Assembly: GCA_905178155.1 (NCBI GenBank)
Contig: CAJINV010000005.1
Span: 8,306,515-8,370,514 of the forward strand
Direction of reading: 5' to 3'
DNA: 64,000 bases
Source: Amoebophrya sp. A120
Lineage: Eukaryota; Protista; Dinoflagellata
Shown: piece after piece, positions 34,301-46,920 of the stretch
Position numbering within the stretch: the first letter of the stretch is position 1
How the letters are laid out: every line of letters begins with the position of its first letter
Made by a program: the position numbers and the translations under genes
The notes under the pieces: generated by a model
The model's input: only the letters and a program-made list of their open reading frames with translations
What the model was told of the DNA's origin: nothing
Databases searched by the model: none

Positions 34301-36658
34301 CAATGCACGCCCAGGGGGAGACGGCTGCTTACTTCGCCTCCGGAATCGGGAATGAGTTGCAGCCGGGCAGAGATAAGTATGTCCTCTGCTTCTATTTCTG
34401 TTTTGTCTTGCAAAATTAATGCAGGGCACCTAATTCATCCTTTTGCCAATAGCGCTTAGCGCACTAAGCCACTATGCGCGCGCCTGGTGAGAGGCGAGGG
34501 GCGGACGCTGTCCGCACCGATGCCGAGCACCCTTCCCCCACTAGCGCTTCGCGCACTAAGCCACTATGCGCGCGCCTGGTGTGAGGCGAGGGGCGGACGC
34601 TGTCCGGCCCGATGCCGAACACCCTTCCCCCACTAGCGTTTCGCGCACTAAGCCACTATGCGCGCGCCTGGTGTGAGGCGAGGGGCGGACGCTGTCCGCC
34701 CCGATGGCGAACACCCTTCCCCCACTAGCGTTTCGCGCACTAAGCCACTATGCGCGCGCCTGGTGTGAGGCGAGGGGCGGACGCTGTCCGCCCCGATGGC
34801 GAACACCCTTCCCCCGCTAGCGTTTCGCGCACTAAGCCACTATGCGCGCGCCTGGTGTGAGGCGAGGGGCGGACGCTGTCCGCCCCGATGGCGAACACCC
34901 TGCCCCCACTAGCGCCACTAGGGACGGGGACAAGGCCCCAGCGTGGGGACCCTGTCCCCACGCGTGGGTCTTGTTTGTCATGCAGCTTTTCCATGACCCA
35001 TGACATGAGGTCTGGAATGCAGGACCTAGCATGACAGATTCTGTGCGATCTCTCTCATGCCTATCCTGCATGAGAAACTCCCTCCCGACTTAGTCAAAAC
35101 TGGACGACTTTTGGTAATCTATCACGCAACACAGATTTTTGCACGTTTTCAGATCTAGCATGACAAGTTGCATTCTTCCAGACCCAGACATTTTTACATT
35201 TGATATGCGCGACCCTAAGTTGAAGCCCATTTTGGACCCACAGTTTGAGGACCGAGCGGTATGGCAAGGAAAAATCCTCCCTCCTCATATTGAAGACGCA
35301 CCTTCTGAAAATTTGTGATGCGGATTTGTGACCACAAATCCTGTCTGTCTTGCGAGAAGGCAAAGCCAGGCTCTCTGACACGCTATGCAGGCGATTTGTA
35401 ATGCTGTAAGGACTGCAGGGCAGCCGTCTACCATGCTAGGCGCCTACACCAAAGAGCCTCTATCTAGGTTGGCGATCAGCGTGCAGTCCTCTACTGCAAC
35501 ACAAATCTGATTTGTGTACGCAAATCCAGCATCACGGATTTCCTTTTCGATATGGGAAGGGAGAGCTTTTCCTTTTGATAAGCGGTTTATCTGATGAAAG
35601 CGGGGATCTTGAAGGAGATGGAACTCATGGTCCAGAATAAAACCTCGATAGAGGATCGGAAGAAGGCGTTGCGAATATGCAACGAAAAAAGTGTTTACAG
35701 TGATACATCCTGTTGCGGAACAAGCAAGACAGACAACCTTTGTCATGCTAGAAATGCTTGCGGCTCTCCGATTTCGTACGTGTTTATTTCCCTTATGATC
35801 GCTGCATTGCATATTTTCTCTGTCATGTTGAACAAACTTGTGTTGCTGAAATTACAACAAAAAGTGTGTTGTAAAACACTTTTTTCTTAGGATAGCAGAA
35901 ACTGAAATTTCAGTGGCACCCGGACAAAAATCCCGAAGACCCGGAGGTGGCTATCAACATGAAAAATCCCCCCTCCCCATACTCAAAGGGAGATTTGTTT
36001 AGCATCATTTGCGATCACAAATCACGTTGCCATGCCAGAATGGAAGATATGCGGATTGTAGGGGTGGCTGGCGTAGGAAAGCATTGCGTCTTCAGCATGA
36101 CAGGAAGCAACTGGAAGTGGGCAACAGCATGACAAATCGCCTGCAAACGAGGCCGCAACTGCCTCTCTTGGCCTTCTAGGAAAACAAGTCGACTTGTGTA
36201 CTCAAACACAGCAACACAAATTTCGTTTGCGATATGGGGAGGGGGGATTTTTTCTCACAATAGTGGCCAAGTCGGTGTTTCAGTTCGTGGAGGAATGCAA
36301 AATTTGGTTTTTGCTCGACGAAGAGGAATATGCATTGCAGATATCGATCTGGGTCTGGAAGAGCCCGAACTTGTGATGCTAGCTCTCGAGCAGACAAAAA
36401 TCTGTATTGCGTGAATGCCAAACGCTGTCCACTTTTGGCTACACAAATAGCGGACTTTTCATGCGCAGCACGCATTAAGAATAAGAACAAGAAGCCTCCG
36501 CAAATAATAAACCTGTAATGCTTTGCGTGCATTCCTGGCCATCCATGTGTTCCAGAAGATGCATGACATTCTAGTGCACTCTTCCAGACCCAGACATATT
36601 TGCATTTGATAAAGGGGGCGAAGGGGGGACGAGTGTCGGGGGCAAGAGTCCGATTTGA
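22338..36658 (+). CDS. Gene 3, WW-domain plus C-terminal J-domain (DnaJ-like) protein with possible N-myristoylation; 38 TIR introns and 2 GT-AG introns
   Basis: Starts MGAAASS. Elements at 22400-22654, 22709-22862, 22969-23221, 23261-23547, 23581-23725, 23803-24081, 24145-24421, 24459-24670, 24730-24997, 25054-25354, 25394-25607, 25648-25926, 25974-26225, 26267-26480, 26570-26720, 26930-27234, 27290-27603, 27775-28100, 28249-28507, 28559-28764, 28799-29033, 29154-29474, 29516-29837, 29963-30168, 30264-30470, 30562-30875, 31159-31446, 31507-31624, 32038-32299, 32559-32837, 32873-33037, 33262-33394, 33541-33775, 33851-35205, 35260-35580, 35676-35894, 35952-36262, 36329-36611. Inferred GT-AG introns at 31731-31928 and 33076-33204. 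Splicing rebuilds KWIPYSTEDGNVFYYSEQTGESVWELP (WW) and RKKALRKLKFQWHPDKNPEDPEVAKSVFQFVEE (J domain). Could be two genes split near 31833/31930. Confidence 0.85.
24459..24670. mobile_element. Introner family I (3 copies, about 210 bp), representative copy
   Basis: TIR TATCNCAAGAAAAAACTGTTTCACTGT; TSD CAAAT. Others at 28559 and 61604. Confidence 0.9.
25394..25607. mobile_element. Introner family J (3 copies, about 210-220 bp), representative copy
   Basis: TIR TATNNCAGGAAAAAAGYGTYACAGTTACACA; TSD GAGGT. Others at 35676 and 61895. Confidence 0.88.
28799..29033. mobile_element. Introner family K (2 copies, 235 bp, opposite orientations)
   Basis: TIR TATGGSGTTCTCAARCGTTACATTCTCAAC; TSD TGCCA. Second copy 33541-33775, TSD CCCGG. 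Confidence 0.92.
31507..31624. mobile_element. Singleton short introner (118 bp)
   Basis: TATCCGAGAAAAAAACTATGTGAGTGTAA ... TTACACTTACACAGTTTTTTTGCTGGATA. TSD diverged (AGGAA/CAGAA); frame restored. Confidence 0.8.
33262..33394. mobile_element. Singleton short introner (133 bp)
   Basis: TIR TATGGGAATGAAATA / TATTTCATCCCCATA. TSD not recognisable, but removing the element plus 5 nt restores the frame. Confidence 0.78.
33944..34066. repeat. 13-bp tandem repeat (GACAGGTGACCTN)n, about 9 degenerate units
   Basis: Directly visible. Confidence 0.9.
34459..34914. repeat. 92-bp tandem repeat x5
   Basis: GCACTAAGCCAC recurs at 34461, 34553, 34645, 34737, 34829. Units contain the hairpin GGGGCGGAC-GCT-GTCCGCCCC. 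Confidence 0.95.
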
Positions 36659-37027
36659 TTGATTAATGAATCAAGATCAGGCTGGGAGTAGGAGTACTGT
36701 TTCCACCCTAGTCGGTCGTCCTCGACGTCTTCCTGTCTTCTCCGGACCACGATGGTGAAAATAAATTCGAGGTGCGCGGCGATGTCATGATTTGTTGGCT
36801 CGCCTCGCTTCTGTCTCCGTGTTGCCCATCCAATGGAGACAACCTGGTGCTGCAGGAGCACTTCCTGTGCGAGCGAGAATTCCTACCCTGGCAGGCGTGC
36901 CTGTGCTACTAACTTGGAGCAGTTCTAAAATTCTATACCCTCTTTCTTCACCCTGTAGTTTTCGTTGTACTTAACTCTTCTACCCACCACGACCTTGAGA
37001 AATGAAACGAATACGTTAAGTGAGTCA

Positions 37028-38390
37028 TAGTCTACTACCACAGTTGCAGTTTCTATTTAAAATACCTTACCTGTTGTTCCTGTTGTACTCAGAAGTCGTC
37101 GAGAGCGCGAGGTTTGACTTGATACTCCTGTATGATGCTCATCATCTTCTCTACTTCTGTACAAAAAGCGCCGGACGGGGAAAAGAACGCACGACCCTTT
37201 TCACTAACAAATTGTTGGTGTAAGAATGAACGTTAAGAGGCTGCACCAAGAGAGCCGAAAATGGAATATTCGTTCCGAACAAGACCCGGCCAAATTTGAA
37301 GGCACGCGGCGGGGGGAGAGGAGACAGAGGAACTGTTCCACCCTCGTCGCACTGGTGCCGCTAAGTAGCAAACACATTCGGATGATTTGTAGTATCCTCT
37401 TTCTGCTTGATGTTTGTAGTATCTTCACTTCACCTCGGATGTCTTTTGCTTGATGTGTAGTCTTCGCGCTCCGACTCCGGCGGAAGGCGGTATCTACGTG
37501 TAAATATAGAAGGCGGCTTTAACCACTTGCTGACGAAGGTAATAACTACATCCTCGGTAGAAGTTCTACAGATTATACTATTTCGTCCGCAACAAGAAGG
37601 ATCGGTTAGGTTTGTTTCGTGCGCAACTGCGCTTCGATCGGTTTGATTCGTACCTACATTAGAATCTTCTCGGTGGACGATGGGCTACGTGCTTATTTTT
37701 CTGTTCACGCATTCGCGTGTAGAAGATGTCGTTCATCATGCTTGGCAAAGATTGAGATCATGGTGAAAAAAATACGCTTCAGTCGTGGACCCTTTTTTCC
37801 ACTTCTTCCCCCTTGTTCCCCGCGAAAAAGAATTCTAGTCGTCTTTAATGTGTTTCTGAAGTTTTGACAAAATTTGTTTTCCTTATTTTCATTTAAGTTC
37901 ATTTTCATCTTCCATTCGAGACCCAGACATATTTTTATTTGCACTTGATAGCGAAGCAGAGGCAGTAGCGGAGCAAGACGATGGCGACGAAAACGGCCGC
38001 CGCGCTCCTGTGCGCGTACCTGGTTTTGTTCGACGGCCCTATTGGTTTCCTGTTCGTGTCCGCGGTGGCGCGCCACTTTCTCGAGCCGACGCGGGAGCGG
38101 GGAAGCACAACCTCTGACGAAAATACGGCCGCGGGAAATGAGAGGATTCTAACGGCGGTGACCATCGGCGCAGATAGCGAGACGGAACCTGCTCCGGCGC
38201 AGTCTACTACTTTTGTCGACCACGAAGAGGCGACGCCCGCGGCGAAGGGCGAAATCGATGCAGCTGTGGACACGACTGCAAGCAGCGCAGCGAGCGAAAC
38301 GGCGCCACCCGGCGAGGTCGTGGTTGCGCGAGAAACTGCGCCTGCAGCCGGGGACGGCGCGACGGGCACTCTGTTTCTTGAACGAGAAGC
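37028..38390 (+). repeat. Segmental duplication, copy 1 (upstream region plus N-terminus of gene 4)
   Basis: Aligns by eye with 45998-46920 plus 49951-50440, e.g. shared GTTGGTGTAAGAATGAACGTTAAGAGGCTGCA. Confidence 0.9.
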
Positions 38391-41300
38391 AGCAGCTGTG
38401 GACCGGCGGGGAGAACAGTCTTCACGTGAATTCGCCGAAGACCCCCGTTTCGGATCGATCGCACACGGTAAGGCACTTGTGGAAAAAGCTATGGACAAGC
38501 AAAATGGAAAATGGGTATCTCGATTTGACGTCAACCCCGTCCTTGATGAATACCGGGTTGCTTTCCGGCTCGTGCTCCAGAAGAACGCGCTCAAACAGGA
38601 CGCGTGCCCAATCCAGATGACCAGCGCTGAGATTCAATCTTCTGACCCCGCCACGAGTTCTGAGGCACAGGTTGAACACGCCACGAGGTCTGCGCCTGAG
38701 GCTTCTTCTCCGCATGATTCTTGTGCGGAAGAAGTGTTGCAGTGGGTACGCGGAAGATTTTTGGTTGAAGATGATAATGCGGTTGGTGTCCATGAGAATC
38801 CATTCTTGACCTTGCACTCGCACCTCCTCGTCGATTTGAACGGAAGTGAAACTTCATCGAATTTGCGGACCGTGTGCCAGGGGGAAATCACAAAGCTCAA
38901 GAAGGCAGCAACGGAGTCTGGTCCGTAGGCACTGCAAATATGTCTTGGTCTGGAAACTTGCGATGCTGGTTGATCGCAGTGATCGAGCATCGTCTCCAGT
39001 GCGGCCAAGCATGGCAAATTTCTGTGACGCCTTCTCATGCGTAGCGCTCATTAGAGACTGCTTATTTTTTGCCAAAAAATAAAAGAAGTCGCGCTTTTGT
39101 TAGTCACGCAACACAGATTTCGCAGTCATGTACGCCAGGCAATACACAAGGGACAGGCTCCACTTTTCCAGACCCAGGAGACATATTTGCACTTAATACT
39201 GTGTCGTGGTGGGCAAATTTTAAGGCCAGAACGCACTTTCGTCTTTTTCCAGTGTATGCCAAGAAAAAAGTGTTAGAGTACTAGATGTGCACATACGTTG
39301 ATTGTGTATTGTAGTTTCTGGCCAAGCACGTGCACGACTGCAGCGAAGGTCTGCAATGCAAGACATGCTCAAGAACACGAGTCTAGGTTCAGCATCCGTG
39401 CTGTTTTCCCTCATGATCATCTCTGCATTGAAAATTTGCTCGGTGATGAGGTAGGAGGAAACCTGTGTTGCTGGAGTTACAGCAAATCTGTGAAGAAGAC
39501 TGTAGGTCCTAACACTTTTGTTTTCTTGGCATACAGAATACGCGACCAAGCGGTATGTGGTGCTGCCGTTGCTGAAAAAGGCACTGCATCGCTGCGAGGA
39601 ATTTGCCTCCGAGGAGCTTGCGCGGTCGAAGGCTGCAGATGAACGAACTGGAGCTGAAAAGCGCTTTTCTACAGAAGGCCCACCGGCAGGTGCACCAGGA
39701 CCGGCACGTGCACCAGGCGAGGCAGGAGCTGGACGGGGAGTCGCGTCAGGGCCCGCGGTCGAGCTGCGTCAGGGCGCCACTGCCGCAGCCGCGTCACGCA
39801 TCGAACCCGCCGCACCCGCCGCAGCCGCGTCACGCATCGAATTCGCCGCACCCGGCGCAGCTGCGTCACCGATCGCACCGGCAGCAGCCGCCGACCGGCC
39901 CGCAGTCAAAGGCGCACCAGCGGGTGCTTCTCCAGCTCACAGTGGGCCTGCGAGGCCCTCGGGTGTGGGCGTGAGCGAGCCGAGCCGGCCCGGGTCTGCT
40001 TCCCCCGCACCCGGCGGGCATCAACGTGCGAATCCCTCGGATCCGGGAGCAGGTAAGCGCACGCCTATAGCAGCCCATGAATGCATACGCATGTTGACAA
40101 ACCGCATGACACAATACGCCACCAACCCAAAATAAAAAAAAAAAACAACAGCGCCACCAGGAGCGGCGGGAGCTGCCGCAGCTGCGCCACCGGTCGCACC
40201 GATCGCACCGTTCTGGCAAGAACAAGAGGACCTACCCAATCCGCAGCCAGGTACCTTGCAAGTTTTTTTCTTTCCGTCAGCATGATTGGAGGAGGAGGTC
40301 CCAGTGCACTGACTTCTTGCTTGCGACAAACCCAAGGATTTGGCGCACGCTCGCATCTTCCCAAAGAGATGCAACAGGCGCGGCGCCGTTGTAAAGCCTG
40401 AACTGACAATTTCTATAACTCAACTATACGATTAGATGTTGTAGTCGAGACAATGAGGTGCAGGTGGAGTACTAAGATTAGCATGAAGAAAGAAGCCAAG
40501 TAGCGCTTGTCCACGACTTCTACTCGAATGCCTGCTCAAGGGATCGATGGGGCGACTAATTGGACTACTAGCAAATTAATGTTGCTCACAGGAAATTTCG
40601 ATGTTCCGTATGCATACTCGTAGAAATGTGGTTTCTGAATGAAAAAAGGTTCTTTCGATCCTATTTATTGAGCAGCAGCGTCCTCACGAGTGGCATGCTC
40701 TATGTACGAAAAAAACTTGACGACATTTATTCTTGTGATGCATTTATATGCGAAATTACTATCTCTTCCCTCGCAGGAGTCGACGAGCAAGGTGCGACCC
40801 CCTCGGATAAGGGTGTTCGCGAGCCGAACCAGCGCGGGAAGTGGATGGGCTACGACGTGAACGATGCCATGGATCCCGGGCAAGATAGAGGCAGTGGCTT
40901 CGTTTTTGCTGCCAGATTCAAGGACGACTTGGAAACCGGGGCAAAGGGGGTGGCGCTCGCGTATCCAAGGCAAGACGGGGTGGAAAAGGGAAAAGTAAAG
41001 GTGTTGATCGTGCCATTCAAGCCCGGGGGGGAGGAGTCTCCCGTGCGGATCGAAATGGTCTCGGCGGACGACCTCGTTCTCTCGCTCGCGTTGCCGCAGC
41101 TCGGATATGGACGCGGAAGTAAAGCGACACTGGAAAACGCTTTGCTCGGCCCGGATTCCTATGCAATGTAAAAATGTCTGTGTCTGGAAGGTTGCAACCT
41201 GTAATGCTAATTCTGGATCGTGCAAAAATCTGTGTTGCATGAATGCCAAAAGCTGTCCACTTTTGACCAAGTTGAGAGGAAGTTTCTCATGCAGGATAGG

Positions 41301-44300
41301 CACGGTACGGATCTCACAGAATCTGTCATGCTAGGTCTCGCATTCCAGACCTCATGGCTTATGCAAAACGTGCATGACAAGTCTCAGAACCTTCCAGACC
41401 CAGACATTTTTGCATTTCATAATTCCATGGTGCGCGGGGTGTCGGTGAAATTTTCGGACCACGGACAAGACGCAAAAGAGATTTTTTTCTCCGCGGCCGC
41501 GTGCGCCAGGTCCTTCGGGTGGACAGCGGGGTTTTACGTGCAACAGCCTGACTATGGGAGTGTAGTCAGGATTGAAATCGACAAAGTTGAAATAACTTAT
41601 AATGCATAAAGCCGATACCAGTTGGAGGCCTAATTTTAAAGCGGTGCATGACAAATTTCGGCACCGTCTAAAGTCAGTTTGTTACGCTGTTTGGGCACAG
41701 AAGACGGCTTTTGTCATGCTAGTTTAGTAGCTCTATTTCAAACCCTAAACAGGCTCACAATCGCCCTCACTTGCCATCCCGGCAAGACAGGCACTTCATG
41801 CCTTGCATTTTCTGCATGACAAGTTATTTTTTCAACTTTGTCGATTTCAAGATCAAGCCTGACGCTTCCATACTGACGCCGGTGGCGCGGCACCAGCCAC
41901 GGAGAAGCCGAAGTTCGCCGCCGCAGATGTTGTGCTGCGTGATCCTGCGACAAGCACTGATTTGGAAGTCCACGTTTTGGAGGCTGTCGGATGGCCTTAC
42001 GGACGCGGCGGGGACGGACTCGATTATGCGCTCAATAAGTTGCCTTTGCCACTAACGATCGGCGATGCTGACGGTCTCGACACCAAACCCAGGACGACTC
42101 TGTTCGCACAAAACGCGTTTTTCTACATCTTGCAGCAGACAGAAGACGCATCCATGGTAAATATGCAACTGCGGAGCTTTCGGCGTATGTGTCCTGGCAA
42201 CTTTGAGAAAGAGGTGTGCCGTATCCTCAATGAAAACGTCTTAGACCAACCAGTTTCAGCTTGGGAACTCTGCAACACAAATCCAGAAGTTTTGGAAGTC
42301 ACGAGTGTGTGGCCGCAACTTCGTCTCTGTATTGTGGCGCAGCTGGCTAGCAAGGACAGTCGGGCCATGATATCCATATCCTGTGTAGTGCTCACAGCAT
42401 TACAAATGCCAAGGCACGATTGAAAATGGCACTCATGAGAATGCGCATTACGAGAAGGGTGCCTGTGATTGCGTGAAATCTACTGCATTACAAGTCTGGG
42501 GTGGGGACGTTTTTTGCGCAGGATATGCCAGGGTGATCAAAGCAAAGCAAAACATGAAAAGCACAAAGGCTCCAGCTGCAGCGCGGGCTGGAGTGGGATT
42601 CCAGACTTCGGGCAGTTCTCCGTCATGACGCATTGGCGGGACAGATTCTTGACGGGGCTGATTATCAATCCAGATGTATCATGTGCATTTGGCATCCCAA
42701 CATGCCGCCACATCTTTATGGGTCTCCAAGGCCGCGGCTATTGCATGCGCTTGAGGTCCTGTTGCAATATGACGCGCCGCGGCTCGTCAAGCTTTTGCCC
42801 AATTACTCCAAAATGCTCATAACTCACGATGCAGGTAAGCGCTTCACACTGGTACAACTTTTAGTATACAAATAAGAGGATCTGGGCCGGGCTGTGCGTC
42901 ATGTCTTTTATGTGCAGCTCGAGGGCTTGTGCGGTGCGAGCTTGGCTTGTTTTATACGTCGGAAAACCGGCTCAAGGAGGTGGTAGCATTCGCTTGCAGC
43001 CTGAACACAAGCCGAGCACTCGCATCACAATAGCCCTCCTTCGAGTATACCTTACAACTTCTTCGCGCTAGTAAATAAGTTTTCAGAAAAATCTTTGACG
43101 TTCGCTGTGGCCTGAAGTATCAAAACAAAAATGCCTTCCTCCTCATAATTTTAAACACCATGGGAGTAAGAAAAATGGTTTACGAGGGCAATCGAGAGCG
43201 CTTGGTTCTATTTTGTAGACGATTTGTTTCTGTTCTTGTCTAGTTTGCAGACGATTTCTACTGAGCCAGCATCTGTCTTCATGCCGCATAACCAGAATTC
43301 GACTCGCCGCACAGGCTAGAAATCCGAGGGCCTGCTCGTCGCTGCAACACGACAAACTAATTTGTGTACTACACAAATTATTTGATCATGCTTGATCAGA
43401 AATTTCTTTTTGAGCAGTATGAGGAGGGGGGCATCTTCCTCACAATAATTCGGATGATATTGGCACATCATACACTATGGTACATGCCGCGTATGCTATG
43501 CGCGATCACGTACACTCGGCTAGTTTGTTAGAATGGGGCTGCGAAAGCCGTGAAATGACCAAGACTACCTCGATACAAGAGCAAACCCAGCAGGGAACGT
43601 ACTACGGTCGAAAAAATCATTACGGTCACCTCAAGGGCAGCACGAAGATTGAGGCCGACTACTCGAAGTACGATTTATCCACAGCAAAGAGATCTGGGTC
43701 TGGAAGATTGCCAGGTTTCTCGTGCATATTTTGCATGATCCATGATGCCTGTCGTGCATGGCCGAGCTTCCCACATTTGTGGAGTGCTTTCTGATGCCTA
43801 TGCCGCATGTGTAGAAATGCCGTACCCGCGTAGCACAAACTAGACTTCTGTAACTTGGTGGTCATGCTACACAGATTTTTTTAGAATTGAAAGACAGGCA
43901 GCGTCACACCAGGCCTAGACATAATAAGTATTTGCATTGCATACGATTTGTTGAAAGACGAATGGAGGGGTCCTCTGAAAACGAAAGAGATCGGTAGCCT
44001 TGATCGTTTCGCGAGGAGTAGTGCTGACGAGCAAGCGAAAACGACGAATGAGGCCATTGTGTGCCAACGTAGCGAGGCCGACAACCCGGTCGAGGGTCTC
44101 CTGCTCCTCCTCCCGAAGCCCGATCAGCAACTGGTGGGAGGAACCTCGGCACCGTTTGCGAAGCCCAACGAGGCGATGAAGTTTCGGGACTTCCTAGAAA
44201 AGTACAAACATCTGCGACTTTTCCTGCGCGGGCCGGACAACGAACCCTTCAACATGCGTGTGTTCGACAACGCAGAGGGGAAAAAACTCTTGAACAAGCT

Positions 44301-45284
44301 GGCAACGGAGGACGAGCAGGCGAAGATTACGTGGGAGGCGCTGGTTGGTGGAAAAGTTGGCGGTAATCAAGGAAAAAGGAGCCAGTCACGATGTGCCTTT
44401 CGCGTTTTTTATTTTTTGCCACGGCATTGGTATTTGAATTTCGTTTGTCATCAAGATATGCATTTGTTGTGTCTGTGTGTATAGGAAGTCGATGAAAACA
44501 ACATTATATATAATTGTCTTTGTCGATGTTTTGTACCATGACGCCTTGATGCAGTCGCTTCTGTAGAAGTGAGATGGCAAGCCGCGAAAAGCGTTTCCTC
44601 AGCACGGGATATCCTGAGTAAAAACATCCCCACACCAGGGTCAAGATGGGGATTTTGCAACACAAACCTAGAACTTTTGGGGGTCACGCATCACAAGTTG
44701 CAGTCCGTAGTGTAGCGCAGGTTCGCAAGGCCAGCTGCATCAGAAATCCATCTGCTCATCCTGTTTACAGCATTACAAATTCCAAAACACGACTAAAATA
44801 AAATGCCTCTCCTGGCGATGCGCATTACAAATGTTCCTGTCATTGCAAATCTGCATGACAACTCTGGTGTGGGGACGTTTTTACTCAGGATACGGGAACT
44901 GGCGTGCTTATATAGCATGAGCGATCCTCGTGATGAAGTTTCTTTCTTGCATATGAGAGTGCACAACTCACCCTCCCCCTCATTTGTAGGGCATGAGGAG
45001 CAATACAAGCGTCGGCAAGAGTGCAGGCTTTGCATGACGAATTCGCCCCGGATGGTAGGGTTGTTTGGGCTGCCAGAATCTGTCATGCAAAGAAGTGCCA
45101 CGAGGCAAACGGAAAGGCGCGTTTGGTATTCAACATGACAAATGAAGAGGGGGAGGGGGAGTTGTGCACCCTCATATTGCATACCTGGCATCGAGAAGCC
45201 TCGGGTCTGGAGGGGAGAGATGCGCCCGCCAACAGGGAATGGGGATTAGGTATCCTGGGTAAAAACGTCTCCATCTTCCGGTAG
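37981..45284 (+). CDS. Gene 4, putative secreted/surface protein (paralogue A); 3' end appears truncated
   Basis: Signal-peptide-like start MATKTAAALLCAYLVLFDGPIGFLFVSAVA. Elements at 38926-39198, 39255-39533, 41160-41421, 41553-41872, 42222-42525, 43118-43447, 43676-43943, 44610-44892, 44952-45176, and a half element from 45251. Inferred GT-AG introns at 40053-40151, 40251-40776 and 44363-44566. I could not resolve the frame between about 42670 and 43090 (frameshift or unseen exons). Confidence 0.65.
39255..39533. mobile_element. Introner family L (2 copies at the homologous site of genes 4 and 5)
   Basis: TIR TATGCCAAGAAAAA / TTTTCTTGGCATA. Second copy 53281-53567. Confidence 0.88.
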
Positions 45285-45997
45285 TTGTCATGCGAACTTC
45301 TTTTTTTCGTAGGCGTACTATCTAGTTTGTTTTCATGGCTGCACTTTGATTTTTTCTTTCTGTTTTTGAGTAAGTGTAAGTGACTGCTTTTTTCGATTAA
45401 GTACCTGAGGTTGCTCGGCTTTCACTTTGACATGATAATCTTGAGTTTTTTTGAACATAGTTCCTTCTGACGTAATTTTTTCACCACGATCGATTCGCTA
45501 TTAGCTTTTCTCTTTTGTTTTTGTCGATGTATGTCATCCTACTTTCTCCAAGCGTTTCGGTTTGACTTTCAAGACTCCCAACTTACTCATAAGCCTACTT
45601 TCATTCGTGCTTCCCCTTTCCAAGTAAGTACTGCGCGAGACACTGTTCTTCACTTCCACAGCATGTAGCAAATCGATAAAATAAAAAATCCACAAACATG
45701 ATCAAGAGAGCACGAATAAAAGCAGAAGAAACCGCTCTTCCCTCTCAAGCTCTACGGCATTCCTTCTTTTTTTCGCACACTTTCGAAAACAGAAACTCAA
45801 AAAAGAATAGAGCTTTTCTAAATTTTTCAAACATTTTTTTCGCTAACAACCAACATTCATATCAGTTTTAATACGTTTTTTGCAGATGCAAACGCCGCCC
45901 TATTCATTTTGTCACTGCAAGGTGGAAGCAGCTTCGTGTCACAGCCCCCGTCGCAGTTCGCAGGTGAAAAATCTATCACCGAAGCGCCACGATAAGC

Positions 45998-46920
45998 TAG
46001 TCTACTACCGCAGTAGTTGCAGTTTCTATTATTTTTATTCTATTTGAAATACTAGGCCTGTTGTTCCTGTTGTAGCAGGCGTATTTTTGATTATGTTGTC
46101 AGAAGTTGAGCGAGGTTTGACTTGATACTCCTGTATGATTTTCAACATGATCTTTACACTTCTGTTCAAAAAGCGCCGAACGGGAAAAAGAACGCACGAA
46201 CCTTTTCAATAGCAAATTGTTGGTGTAAGAATGAACGTTAAGAGGCTGCATCAAGAGAGCCGAAAATGGCATATCGTGGCGGGACCGGAGAAAGAGGAAC
46301 TGTTCCACCCTCGTCGTTCAGGTGCCGCTAAGTAGCAAACACGACCTTCGGATGAGCTGTATCCTCTTTTTGCTTGATGTTTGTACGTAGCATCTTCACT
46401 TCACCTCGGATGTCTTTTTGCTTGATGTGTAGTCTTCGCGCTCCGGCGGAAGGCGGTAACCACGTAGAGAAGTTTGTTTACTGTTGACAAAGGTAAGAAC
46501 GTCCTCGGTAGAAGTTCCGCACATACGTATTAATTTCGTCCGCAACATCAAGAAGGATCGGTTTGTTTCGTGTGCAACTACGCTTCGATCGGTAGTTTTA
46601 TTCGTACTTCTGACACGAGAATCTTCTCGGTGGACGATGGTCTATCTTCGATTTCTTGACGTCCGTCGAAGAATTCGCTCTCGCTTCGTCCATAGTTCAT
46701 CAAAACCGTGCAAATAAGAATGTCGTTGTGCTTTTGCTTAGTGCTATTTTCACGCATTTGCGTGTAGAAGATGTCGCTCGTCATGCTTGGAAAGGATTGA
46801 GATCATTGTGAAAAAAATACGCTTCAGTGGACAACTCTTTTTTCCACTTCTTCCCCCTAGTTCCCCGCGAAAAAGAATTTTTGTCGTCTTTAACGTGTTC
46901 CTCAAGTTTTGACAAAGACT
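45998..46920 (+). repeat. Segmental duplication, copy 2 (upstream region of gene 5)
   Basis: Homologous to 37028-37870. Confidence 0.9.

Larger units (their letters stand above)
33894..34974. mobile_element. Helentron/DINE-like non-autonomous insert nested in family-A introner 33851-35205
   Basis: Inserted in a T run with no long TSD. Carries internal tandem arrays and a GC hairpin CCCAGCGTGGGGAC-CCT-GTCCCCACGCGTGGG (34937-34968) 6 nt from the right end. The insertion is directly visible; the class assignment is inference. Confidence 0.6.
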
